DNA of 64,000 nt from Betaproteobacteria bacterium (lineage in GTDB: Bacteria; Pseudomonadota; Gammaproteobacteria; Burkholderiales; Ga0077523): positions 7,945 through 71,944 of the forward strand of contig WGLR01000003.1 of assembly GCA_016125475.1 (NCBI GenBank), in the 5' to 3' direction. The translations under genes were made by a program, and so were the position numbers. This document shows, one piece after another, positions 27,301 through 28,304 of the stretch; position 1 is the first letter of the stretch, and the number at the start of each line of letters is the position of its first letter. The notes under the pieces were generated by a model, which saw only the letters and a program-made list of their open reading frames with translations, was not told the DNA's origin and did no database searches.

Positions 27301-28050
27301 CTCGAATTCGGCGGGCCGGAGCGGACGTTGAGCCTCGGCGGCACGACCTCCGTGGAACCCGGCGCAGCGTTCAGCGTGCCCGTGATCCTCGACGACGCGC
27401 GGGGCGTCGAGGGCGTCACCGCGACGATCTCTTTCGATGACACGCAGCTCACCTACGTGGGGACACGTCTCGTCCAGGACTTCTCGTATCGTCTGGTGCG
27501 TCAGACGGGTGGTGTGATCACCCTGGATCTCGCGCGCCCGACGGCCATCGCGTCGAGCGGTGCGGTCACGCTCGTCGAGATCGACTTCGAGGCGAAGGCC
27601 GACGCGGTGCCGGGCACGCTGCCCATCGACTGCGAGGCGTTCACATACGCGGGCGCAGGGTTCTCGCGCGTCGCGCCGTCGGTCGCGGGTGCGGATCCGA
27701 CCGATGGCGAGGTCGTCGTCGTGGCGCCGGCTTCGTCCCCTGCCTCGGTGGCGCCGATGGCCGCGAACGTCGAAGCGGCACCGCTTCCGGCAGCGGCGAC
27801 CGTAAAGGGTGCCGACACCTTCGGACCCGTGTCCCTGGCCCCCGTCGTCGACTGGAGCGGCAAGTTCACGGTGCCCGGGGTGTCCACGGGCACGACGGCG
27901 GCCCGGGACCCGGACGAATGGAAGCGGGCGCCCTGGGCGCGTGACCTCGCCACGCGCCTGACGGAGCTTCGCTCCGGCAGCGAGACGGGCGGGGCGGGCA
28001 TCCTGAAGAGTCTCGGGAAGACGTTTGGCAGAACATTCTGGAAAATGTGA
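3373..28050 (+). CDS. Giant secreted/surface multidomain protein G1 (8,225 aa from ATG 3373; the track ORF starts at GTG 3271)
   Basis: A single frame is open for 24.7 kb and is dense in recognisable motifs (RTX GGxGxD nonapeptides, PbH1 beta-helix turns, malectin-like, PKD WGDG, cohesin/dockerin). GGAGG at 3363-3367 lies 5 nt before ATG 3373, whereas GTG 3271 has no SD. With this start the LEPR leader motif falls at residues 27-45. Confidence 0.93.
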   Translation: MLAERVLSRLFARSRAVPVRPRELPFRRKALFEALEPRLLLSADLAPNSQSLINDGLQKLGDWSDNLATVGELAEKLPVVNTAIGPALDVGQILQDRIVVPVQNYLAQAGTPNTDGVVSALASALGAAGTVSGDQFGDEIRFDVTLDETRTLADLPFALAATESGIALTADANGRLDLDLSLNLDFSFGLDLSDGLAPEERFFVRVSDFTAGASANASLDFGLAVGFLDAQVQGGTIALDAQLDIGLLNPDADTKGNITLAELLGTTIETLVDPQVVTATLDGNLPVSVQALGSFDAGNAAVTITGTDVFAQTPTVSVTGTYAEDILNFGRAQPEAVLQTLNQVAAWLNGLRTSDAFDGIIPLAKNRTFGEVLRFAEGFTSGLVDQLTDADGVATFASAQSFAQRLSDLLGLPPEAINASYNPSNNQLTFFLRVQSGYEASSDPIKFDLNLAPLGGITTSSVLSIDASGTVQFVLGFDLSPFTAVLVADDVLPANGVLSDDATFKVSLDSSEYVDVTVARDTTNSTRQHLVADINAALNAAGLVGLVASLDSNRLKFTYGGGFTGAFVNILVPDVATNTAASELHLKPTNTAVDALSKKAFLRDVRATGNVTASATDVDATADFGFFGVSIQNGTASASAAIDLQFRKPGQPSAILRFPDLFEGLNNIPQWTSIQSTGTLTADLPIAVTGNIIGLPGAPRVHVNMSNVFQPGTLEVTFPDLDPLLNYRQLDAGDVVNALGQIVTYLGTIEGFSFLNQDLPLVGRSVTDLVSFLSAFTDAKNALGSAGVQTIQGLEQAIEQAFGIAPSALSVVLANQSIEFSLDLSRTYSDQLALDLNLGQLAGYTNTDGTNLNGVANLIDVGGSGKFDVDAAASLNLVFGFDLANPATPRAYIRDDSHIALTARVAGSGLDFDAAVGPLGIFIRNGSVYLDNGSGIPATFGVGFKPVAGDRYYANQWSTSALDVSLAGRAGATLPVYFPTETNPVGGAGNNAIALTIGDLSHISTTTTLTAPDLAAEIGSIDLFSNMNSFVDGIDLVLATIQDALDGQVFGINLPFVGDGLKGGAQFIQDLRTEVVQRLDDALSGDTQTATQVKQILFDAFGPGGIGILLDGNDAGTQVTVDDVGFTTVDNNSDGLVDDVLFNLRLGKVATLPIDAAFDIGLPGLGLAVADNSAVDLSVGFSFDLGLGVSRSDGVYLDTSKLDEVGVTLDARLKDFALGGTLGFLRLKIQDETEDPDGQDPSFFSGGFTIDLKDPVGGNNRLTYNELAGGSLSFAQVVDAELSADAVINLDLTLGVPGDFGVTDPNAANFLSDQFPSLTSDFNLTWHFTPATGLDGSLENVSFDNVHLNFGEFLDSFLGPVVDNIAGIFDPLKPIIDAVTTPLPVISDVAGHDYTLLDLAADFGYIPQSTSDFVEAVGDILDFVDMIQSTSASGTYIDFGSFNLNGTDLRQASSNGQLSNANILTGHTTGPSSSLEDQFNSLAPGLKSQKDKIKGAEEGFRIPLLEDPLSAFRLILGQNVDLFTYTTPKFEFGFDFELEFGPVAVVLGVPIYVIFGGGAGLEGQFTFGYDTQGIFDYSDSGFAGDLLNGFFVADWDAQGKDVDEMAITSQIYVGAKADVVIAEIGAKGGIFADVYMNINDPNDDGKLRGKELFEVIGSGFLCAFDYRGEMGAFLSVFAEVGICPFCLSFDFEIARVTIISFDVSCDEPPPILATLDENTGELSLNMGPRSAMRVNGDLSDGDEHFTVKQIGAGTVMVEAFGYQQLYGRFSDLENGQLGPDVTKIIGYGGAGNDSIEIKENVDVPVELWGDFTAPSAQDGEDILVAGGSGVARLQGGGKADKLYGGSNADVIYGFLENDAGDDGTGDIIYGRGGNDQLFGQGGADQIDGEAGDDTIDGGAGDDVLYGADGSDVIRGGTGDDQIYGQAGVDVLEGGGGADALIGGADNDVLYGFSVSGAGDDNARDLLWGDFATGTEYERAGDAGASGNDVLYGQGGNDDLYGEAGDDLLYGGTANDNIFGGAGEDTIYGEAGADTISGGTANDLIHGGLDGDHISGDQGNDLIYGDEGNDTILGGADDDTILAGTGNDVVRGQEGDDQVFGEDGDDQLSGDLGDDILVGGRGNDLAWGGVGRDRVYGSDGNDRLFGGVGDDALYGEAGDDTIYGNEGEDLLDAGTGLDSLFGGAGNDLLLAGVGVGKLLSGDDGDDRIVGSDEGGEDPDFSDGVWFGDRIFGGAGDDTVWGLGGADYIDGGSGDDTLDGGVAGDFILGNAGRDRIYGSFGNDRLSGGDDDDYLDGGFGVDTIHGDAGNDELLGGGGSGDDLHGDDGDDILRGSDDGADILAGDAGRDILYGNGGNDTLRGGAGDDIVDGGAGDDLIEGNAGIDVLLGGADHDVLYGHSASGTGDDSAVDWLYGDFGTNGDEAGSGRDRLFGQGGNDILFGEGDDDFIDAGGGASNIVNYGSGESGVPSAFVTPVATPNPVVVPSVADPRATGLLPAGPDYRGWWGEFSGSGSGSGVSGGGSVALEPAVAVTNTARYVAWADSRNGNYEIYVARDQGGVWSELAGSAAFTGVSATLAQSRRPSLALDAGDPVVAWTEIAANGTSNIRVAKFDGSSWIALGESLDANGISNTNAADEAQLVITDAGPVVVWIDRSGGTPQVFAKRFDGASWVALGASFAVTAAAGGVSDVAVTTDGGRLAVAWVQGAGTGAEVYARQFTFASSSWVSLGNVSNNGGASLAPTLAYHGGNLFAAWQDQSSGREEIYARRYSGGAWGDAGASSAAGQGLSATTGRTFSPQLVSGGGTLSLVWADDSVQERPDNTVAFYVKQWTGSAFAEVLSGDASNRGVSGTGGFVQSLAATVDALGRPYIVWNDAGTGSPQVYLRGNLQAANRVLVADGATSVQNLLDNNDLGAGDVIVVGPGEHAGFTIGTNDSGVLVIGAPTQDTVFTSTVTVSAGVSATLQRLGFDAGLQLNGATGTTVVDSVLRNAGLVVNGGSDLQIVHNRLVSGATLAIDAAAAGIIAHNTLSGGGNGLEINAAFTGAIRDNDITGNAVGVRYEAGAELVANRIRGNATGVRSTVSGAAALGYVGAAVPNEITGNTTGVALVDARVRGQVVRDNTTGVSGTGTIGGDTFEEANLVESNDTGIGAFSGTIQFNRIASNATGIAATDGLTIVHNLIYRNSGAAVLVSGVTDVRIVSNTMYTPSGDLIRLNGGASNVEVCGNVLWTENGYDVFVTNDSQTGFFSDYNDLFASGNGRIGYWTRDFDDILDWQADIARFDLHSIGRTDVNPQWAEPRFMDRGQDDYRLMPVVAELRFTSPGIDDGDARTDIGVSPDFTNLIVNGGFESGLTGWTQVNVGGATRAANPDPHSGNAYFAPGTIDEGYVEQVVDLAQNGVTTAMLDSQDLELVFGGRIRVAAENVSDRGSIEIRFLDAGDADIGNPVTVDAANTTTRWELVGGQAAIPVGARKAVFRFAADRKTGTTNDVFLDGAFAYVRSEAQGIDLGAYGNTIADVPRAGTPRISLRYPDLYADLEKDKPLTIRWESFGNAAESPVRIDLYQDGPDGPGLRTTISAATPDDGEFIWIPSSSGLDFGTYGLRIQVSLVNVPIAIDRSQETFTVPEDGSTYWVDDGSNTNDEYTPGGIGDNRNTGKLATAPKPYVTNLLRVYDLGAADVLNVDTGSYSMIDPVAISGTTDLGLGLDEGFPLRGPADVSRIASLFPAIPGDRTQPVILLDDADNMVVSHLTLSSALRGIEVRNGSDGFAASYLTAFGHASDGMRIDTNAPFAAFDHLTAYSNTGRGLSVNGPIASFTNGLAHDNTTDGIYITGTVGVVSDSVAYDNGQTGIEVQSPGAGARVEANTVFGNNVGLYVYSQASGAEVVAGNADLAPGRGNLAYGNRQIGIQAGGNVRIAGNTVQNQTNTFSYGISTFSGAAVSRNIVSGNYYGVSVSSGADVSENRVYGNTGFGITGYASGGFNGNVVYSNPTNVRVSGNTVLRNNLIYDSEDYGVLVAGTSGTQLVNNTIYAAVGDAVRLQQSSSNFVLRNNIIRVDGGHGVSVTADAQSGFSSDYNLFYTTGAADVGLWQGVDRTTLVSWRNATFGDRNSVFGDPLFVDADGGDGTLGYAGIGSDGRDDDFHVRSQFGSFKGAALAPVRDAATGLPVFLPVPGATLDGASSPAIDRGAPTDAFVNEPANNGGYVNVGAYGNTAQASKSPAQFMLVTNPNGGEAIPQETAYEIRWRSTGFGGNVAIDVGTQAAAGGTITWQVLADDEANDGSYAWTVDPAVFGVGSDYLVRVRSIDTAAIQDRSDATFAITPPISLFYVNDGSLAGDQYTTAIGDDANDGLTPGTPKATIRSVLETYDLDAGDVIRVDTGDYLLTANILLDAQDSGVTIEGPTLPGSRAVIDRGNTSSTSYAFQLTGADDVTLRNLAITGGYYGIYAASNAGSDGLTVESSEIYRNSLYGAYVVDGNADATFNDNEIYLNGSWALYLTASGARATGNHVWGNGGGIFASYNGQGARIEIVDNVVHDNNSTGIDGNYWVLVSGNTVYGNAGSWGINMYSSRSLTIGNEVFRSPNGINLSVGAVGVENRVYDNAGTGIGLGGGGGAVAERNIVYGNDIGIGESSSRVANNLVYDNRTAGIQTSGYRGAGDGVFNNTVVQPVGDAIRVAANANGVLILNNILEVGTGYAIDVPSSAQNGFASDYNLFHLTGTGRIGFWEDRDFLTLEDWVYEIGRDTESLVAEPQFVDSAGADGIRGFSADTVGSSIVIDDGDAGFSVVGPWTQVIGALDEPGDPATQLEKSVYNTAYGADVWQIPGGGDGTNVARWSFDGLEDGLYQVAVRWPNGSGVAGTSAQYRLYDGVIDVAHVVAIANNVTQGGAPNDFTADGTTWERLETVEIRNGRLVVELSDAGGGTSSRATADAVRIQRIVGDMGVDDDFHLALTSPGVDRGDPASRFELEPVDNGARVDMGAYGNTPEATQSPAQLVQVLNPNGLEKMELGQTVRVDFRSAGLTAYDPVLLMNPGGGAVSGPGFWAAEDAPSTGGNTTTGSIAASQVLDLGAADTGPEALYRSYRYSNAGVDATMGWDVDIPDGDYVVKLHFIEPSYTTANSRRFEVSLQGAVVEAGLDIVAETGARYEALVKSYDVTAAGGEGLSLLLRNLTTAGALVSGIEILRANPGGVASPTVDLEVTTDGGATWAPVASGIAVDRYGLGSFNWTVGPQTGNARVRATAHAGAVTVQDVSDAQFQIANAGTAYYVNDASTAGDEYTTAIGDNANDGKTAATPMASLAALLRAYDLDANDVIYVDTGVYDLATNVLLEAQDSGVTIRGAQGDGHVTLLDRGNTAQYVFELAGADDVTIEHVAMTGAQRGVDGSGNVDSDRITLDAVTAYGMSYGAFITSSNDSFTIRNSELYGNSQAGLYLATPHGLVEDNLVHDNGTGLSLNAGSASTYADGIFVRGNEVRNNGTGIGASYRTTIEANVVHHNTTGISGDQSVMIVGNTVYSNANMGIQGSNGTSILDNRIFDQTGNGSTTGVGLYVRSGVAQGNQVYGNTMGVQLDSNSEVRSNLIYGNLLYGVRMNGYQGAGDGLFGNTIYQLTGDAVVATGGGSNTSIRDNVVVAAGGYALRVSDDTQVGFASDYNLFHTFGTGRLAQWEGRDFLTLADWSLETGNDFESLVADPQFVDIDGADDVLGFSGIDGGADDDFRLAVGSPGVDRGDPASLFVAEPTFNGGRVDIGAYGNTARATQSAAQLVQVLNPNGLEKFEVGQEVEVKFRSAGLTAYDAVLRLNTGAATAAVDGWAPDAYRTGGRVTTYGTSVNSSALADAGPAAIYQSYAYSDYGAGNGLSYLLPVTDGDYEIVLHTFSGTEGAGTYQFSVSLQGAVVQPSVDRRALAGATNTALTLAYSVSAAGGQGIALDLTNVTNNQAVVLAGIELRRVNAGGVAKPTVDLEVSVDGGTSWLPVAGGVTLDRFGEGSFVWNAGPMADSAMLRATGHAGAVTVTDVSDAPFQIANAGNAYYLNDGSLVGDEYATAIGSNANDGKTAATPMASLAALLRAYDLDPGDVIFVDTGVYELSTNIVLTEEDSGVTIRGPVLPAHDAVLDRGNTSAQQRVISFQGASDVTLEWLNLTGAQNGIEAVGSVGNDRITLQNLDVYNNSSVGIEFGSGDSDWVVRDSKVHNNTTYGIQASSTERALIEGNEVYANGNSGIIASGSSESNRVQVVDNDAHDNGTYGINIGSYATARQNRAYNQNGSGDVGIYSYNATSVIEDNDAHDNTTGIRTGYQGWVVGNRSFDNGIGIASYYSSNISRNQVYSNSTGIVDDGYSEIFDNLVYANTNRGIDVSYSHVAGSRSVYNNTIWQDTGDAIRVAGSSTSNVRIRNNILSVGNGYAINVESNGQTGFSSDWNLFDPRTAAAKIGRWGAAEQASLAAWQALPGVHDQSGFVGDPKFLDIDGADNVLGDQDVTTGDGYDDNFSLDAFSDAIDAANAYEAARPTPTYPHDAALRDIEDRMRQDDPATPNTGIGWGRFQESVPGGSSYAETGTAIPLRSSFNVATVDLPFTFTYFGVDYTSVSVSVNGYLHFGGLDNAVTGDDNSQDIFLRNARIAPLWDNLRTDQTQSAASGSTEGNVFADDTVADQVTIRWAATRQATGGGDVNFSVTLFANGDVRFDYGDGNQALSPTVGLSAGNGITFVLSQYSGASDLNNAQSVIFTRNEGLTYFDIGAYEFLGDSGDTTPPQVTAITQLPPEGGSTAAAFSSVQVTTTEALNTISARSPANYDLRSKGVDGLFDTPDDVIVPVRPSYSYPETNLTLEFLVGANGTPGILPDGDYRLTLSGTNAIYDLSGNPLDGDANGTGGDDYIRLFTIDRTSNIRPVANDQTVSVNEDTGVTVTLSASDGNGDALVYTLASAPQHGTLSAFDPANRTVIYTPDAGYTGADSFDFAVDDGNAGTDTGTITFTVQPVNDAPVAADQSVTLDEDTPRFIVLDGSDTETARADLTFLLGDAPQHGSIVQGPAGGWTYTPDADFSGEDSFTYSVRDRGDPDGSNANVLTSAPATVTLTVAPVNDAPVIDAVADQVVLEGSVLLVDLDATDPEGQSLSWSLDVAPAGMTIDAATGLVTWTPVDGPDTVDVTARVTDTGTPAASATIGFRITVQNVAPTLTLSGASSVDEGAPYTLDLAHSDPGADTLQTWEINWGDGVVETVDGAAASATHTYFAGGATYGITATATDEDGTYDATGIDVTVLAPNAAPVPQSQTVFLDEDTTADIALAATDIDGDTLTFTIETGPTRGTLGAIDPVTHVVRFTPDANVRGNDSFTFRVSDGQASAVGTVTLKVRPVNDVPVADEASFGTDEDVALTGRLTGSDVETPADQLAFAVATGPASGTLDLNADGTFTYTPDPDFSGVDTFTFTVTDTGDDELDCGCPLEPSGFVADGPDTSPVATVTITVSPVNDDPVATDDAYAVHAGGTLTIPAPGVLANDTDVDGGALGIDSTDTSGLQGTLSMGADGAFTFTPTPGFSGQTTFAYTVGDGAGGSDTATVTIDVTNTAPVANDDAYAVPVGGTLVIAAPGLLANDTDPDADGLSVDATDVTGLQGTLSTGADGAFSFTPATGFSGITSFDYTVSDGVGGGDTATVTIDVQLTTLRVSGVDVTPSGVHVAFTGPIDASRLNLFDAAGFGFGAADVTLTGATTGAVRGSLVLDDDGAGLSFVKTGGVLAPDAYTLTVRSGAGGLADLLGGALDGNADGVTGDDFSTTFTVAATAQPVLSVPDLARGPGQGAILPVTLSEAGGVTGIAFDLVHDGALVIDMVELAPGYSGTLGTSLVPGGIHVDILFDAPLPSGQADPVTLVVSVPDTAPYGKAGRIAFENVSLALGAAGTTDQVVADEAVHVSGFFMDANGNRAYTMLDVQQVQRVVVGLDSGFGAYAAIDPVIVGDLNGNGAITSLDASRFMQFVLGQPRREIPALPAGNVSLEFGGPERTLSLGGTTSVEPGAAFSVPVILDDARGVEGVTATISFDDTQLTYVGTRLVQDFSYRLVRQTGGVITLDLARPTAIASSGAVTLVEIDFEAKADAVPGTLPIDCEAFTYAGAGFSRVAPSVAGADPTDGEVVVVAPASSPASVAPMAANVEAAPLPAAATVKGADTFGPVSLAPVVDWSGKFTVPGVSTGTTAARDPDEWKRAPWARDLATRLTELRSGSETGGAGILKSLGKTFGRTFWKM
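3451..3507 (+). other. LEPR-type N-terminal leader motif of G1 (RRKALFEALEPRLLLSADL)
   Basis: Read directly from the sequence. G2 carries nearly the same motif at 28440-28493. It is preceded by a basic, non-hydrophobic segment (MLAERVLSRLFARSRAVPVRPRELPF). I recall the RefSeq name 'LEPR-XLL domain-containing protein' for N-termini of this kind. Confidence 0.7.
3510..8520 (+). other. Orphan N-terminal region of G1 (~1,650 aa) with recurring xGFDL beta-strand motifs and a terminal four-cysteine cluster
   Basis: I recognise no known domain here. A recurring motif appears as LNLDFSFGLDL (~3910), VQFVLGFDL (~4790), LNLVFGFDL (~5995), LSVGFSFDLGLG (~6900) and FEFGFDFELEFG (~7965). The first cysteines of the protein occur as C-x20-C-x2-C-x18-C (codons at 8356, 8419, 8428, 8485). 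Confidence 0.6.
8824..10745 (+). repeat. RTX (hemolysin-type Ca2+-binding) nonapeptide repeat block, ~640 aa, several dozen units
   Basis: There are long runs of GGxGxDxUx, for example GRGGNDQLFGQGGADQIDGEAGDDTIDGGAGDDVLYGADGSDVIRGGTGDDQIYGQAGVDVLEGGGGADALIGGADNDVLYG. These continue with short interruptions to GNDILFGEGDDDFIDAGGG. Confidence 0.9.
10960..12030 (+). repeat. ~7 degenerate ~50-aa blade-like repeats (beta-propeller-like)
   Basis: A recurring pattern P.VAW.....G...IY..R..G..W..LG is visible. Examples are ARYVAWADSRNGNYEIYVARDQGGVWSEL, PVVAWTEIAANGTSNIRVAKFDGSSWIAL, PVVVWIDRSGGTPQVFAKRFDGASWVAL, LFAAWQDQSSGREEIYARRYSGGAWGDA and PYIVWNDAGTGSPQVYLRG. Confidence 0.6.
12040..13370 (+). 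other. Right-handed parallel beta-helix (PbH1/NosD-like) module 1 with C-terminal cap
   Basis: 22-24-aa turns are visible, such as ITGNAVGVRYEAGAELVANRIRGNATGVRS, ITGNTTGVAL and FNRIASNATGIAATDGLTIVHNLIYRNSGAAVLVSG. The module ends in GFFSDYNDLF...DDYRL, which matches the caps of the later modules. Confidence 0.75.
13375..13860 (+). other. CBM-like jelly-roll (NGGFE...GW start, CBM4/9-type look)
   Basis: The segment runs from FTNLIVNGGFESGLTGWTQVNVGG to TNDVFLDGAFAYVR. G2 has a similar module at 61260-61795. Confidence 0.5.
17671..18162 (+). other. CBM-like beta-sandwich insert ending ADAVRIQRI (resembles the golvesin C-terminal-like module)
   Basis: The translation reads IVIDDGDAGFSVVGPWTQV...WSFDGLEDGLYQVAVRWPNGSGVAGTSAQYRLYDG...WERLETVEIRNGRLVVELSD...ATADAVRIQRI. 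The family assignment is from memory of that motif pattern only. Confidence 0.35.
18571..18903 (+). other. Malectin-like carbohydrate-binding domain, copy 1
   Basis: The translation reads PEALYRSYRYSNAGVDATMGWDVDIPDGDYVVKLHFIEPSYTTANSRRFEVSLQGAVVEAGLDIVAETGARYEALVKSYDVTAAGGEGLSLLLRNLTTAGALVSGIEILR. This fits the malectin pattern (Y...R......Y......G.Y.V.LHF.E......R.F.V...G..v...lDi......A.....). Confidence 0.65.
20860..21192 (+). other. Malectin-like carbohydrate-binding domain, copy 2
   Basis: The translation reads PAAIYQSYAYSDYGAGNGLSYLLPVTDGDYEIVLHTFSGTEGAGTYQFSVSLQGAVVQPSVDRRALAGATNTALTLAYSVSAAGGQGIALDLTNVTNNQAVVLAGIELRR. It is paralogous to copy 1 and sits at the same position in the next super-module. 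Confidence 0.65.
22963..23520 (+). other. NIDO-like (nidogen-like) beta domain
   Basis: The translation reads VDLPFTFTYFGVDYTSVSVSVNGYLHFGG...IAPLWDNLRTD...VTIRWAAT...FSVTLFANGDVRFDYGD. The pattern F.F.FyG..Y....V..NG.l.F ... iAP.W.D is what I associate with NIDO domains. Confidence 0.4.
23992..26306 (+). repeat. Eight tandem ~95-aa Ig/cadherin-like units (six cadherin-like 'VNDAP'-linked, one He_PIG-like, one PKD)
   Basis: Units are bounded by PVNDAPV/PVNDVPV/PVNDDPV/TNTAPV linkers at ~24285, 24590, 25400, 25745 and 26030. Each unit has ...EDT......SD.DGD.L.....P.HGTL.......YTPD..F.G.DSF.F.V.DG. The last two units (25745-26306) are the closest paralogs. Confidence 0.8.
24847..25116 (+). other. 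PKD domain (G1)
   Basis: The translation reads NVAPTLTLSGASSVDEGAPYTLDLAHSDPGADTLQTWEINWGDGVVETVDGAAASATHTYFAGGATYGITATATDEDGTYDATGIDVTVL. The WGDG...H.Y...G.Y.....A.D.DG motif is present. Confidence 0.8.
26307..26670 (+). other. Ig-like module of the 'LNL(F/Y)D ... GLSFV.TGG.L..D.YTL' type (SbsA/Big_5-like), G1 copy
   Basis: The translation reads LRVSGVDVTPSGVHVAFTGPIDASRLNLFDAAGFGFGAADVTLTGATTGAVRGSLVLDDDGAGLSFVKTGGVLAPDAYTLTVRSGAGG...LDGNADGVTGDDFSTTF. The same module recurs twice in G2 (62631 and 63696). Confidence 0.6.
26680..27066 (+). other. Cohesin-like domain 1 (G1)
   Basis: The translation reads VLSVPDLARGPGQGAILPVTLSEAGGVTGIAFDLVHDGALVIDMVELAPG...VTLVVSVPDTAPYGKAGRIAFENVSL. It has the cohesin layout (v.vp..a..G....vpV.l....v.g..F.l.yD...l.v..v..G ... 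i.f.v...a..G). Confidence 0.6.
27073..27255 (+). other. Dockerin-like duplicated EF-hand segment (G1)
   Basis: Segment 1 is DANGNRAYTMLDVQQVQRVVVG and segment 2 is GDLNGNGAITSLDASRFMQFVLG. The second is a near-canonical dockerin Ca2+ loop plus helix (D.N.NG.I...D.......LG). Confidence 0.65.
27328..27650 (+). other. Cohesin-like domain 2 (G1)
   Basis: The translation reads LSLGGTTSVEPGAAFSVPVILDDARGVEGVTATISFDDTQLTYVGTRL...GAVTLVEIDFEAKADAVPGTLPIDCEA. Confidence 0.6.
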
Positions 28051-28055
28051 CGGGA

Positions 28056-28093
28056 GACGCGAGATCTGGCGCGATTCGCGCTAGGATCGCGTC
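28056..28093 (+). promoter_or_regulatory. Imperfect GC-rich hairpin/palindrome just after the G1 stop (possible weak terminator or operator)
   Basis: The outer stem is GACGCGA (28056-62) paired with TCGCGTC (28087-93). The inner stem is GCGCG (28069-73) paired with CGCGC (28077-81) around an ATT loop. No T-tract follows. Confidence 0.2.
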
Positions 28094-28304
28094 AGACGTG
28101 CAGTAACGCATACAACGATCGAACGCTCCGTGTCGTGGCCGTGGCGCCGCGACGCACAAGGGTGCGCGACAATCAGAAAAAGAGTCCACAGGACCGGGCC
28201 GACCGGCGCACAGACCGCCGGACGGAGACGAGACCGACCCATCGGGGACCGCAAACCGCCACCGGCACGGAGCCGCTCGACGCTCTCAGGAGACGAGGCG
28301 ACCT

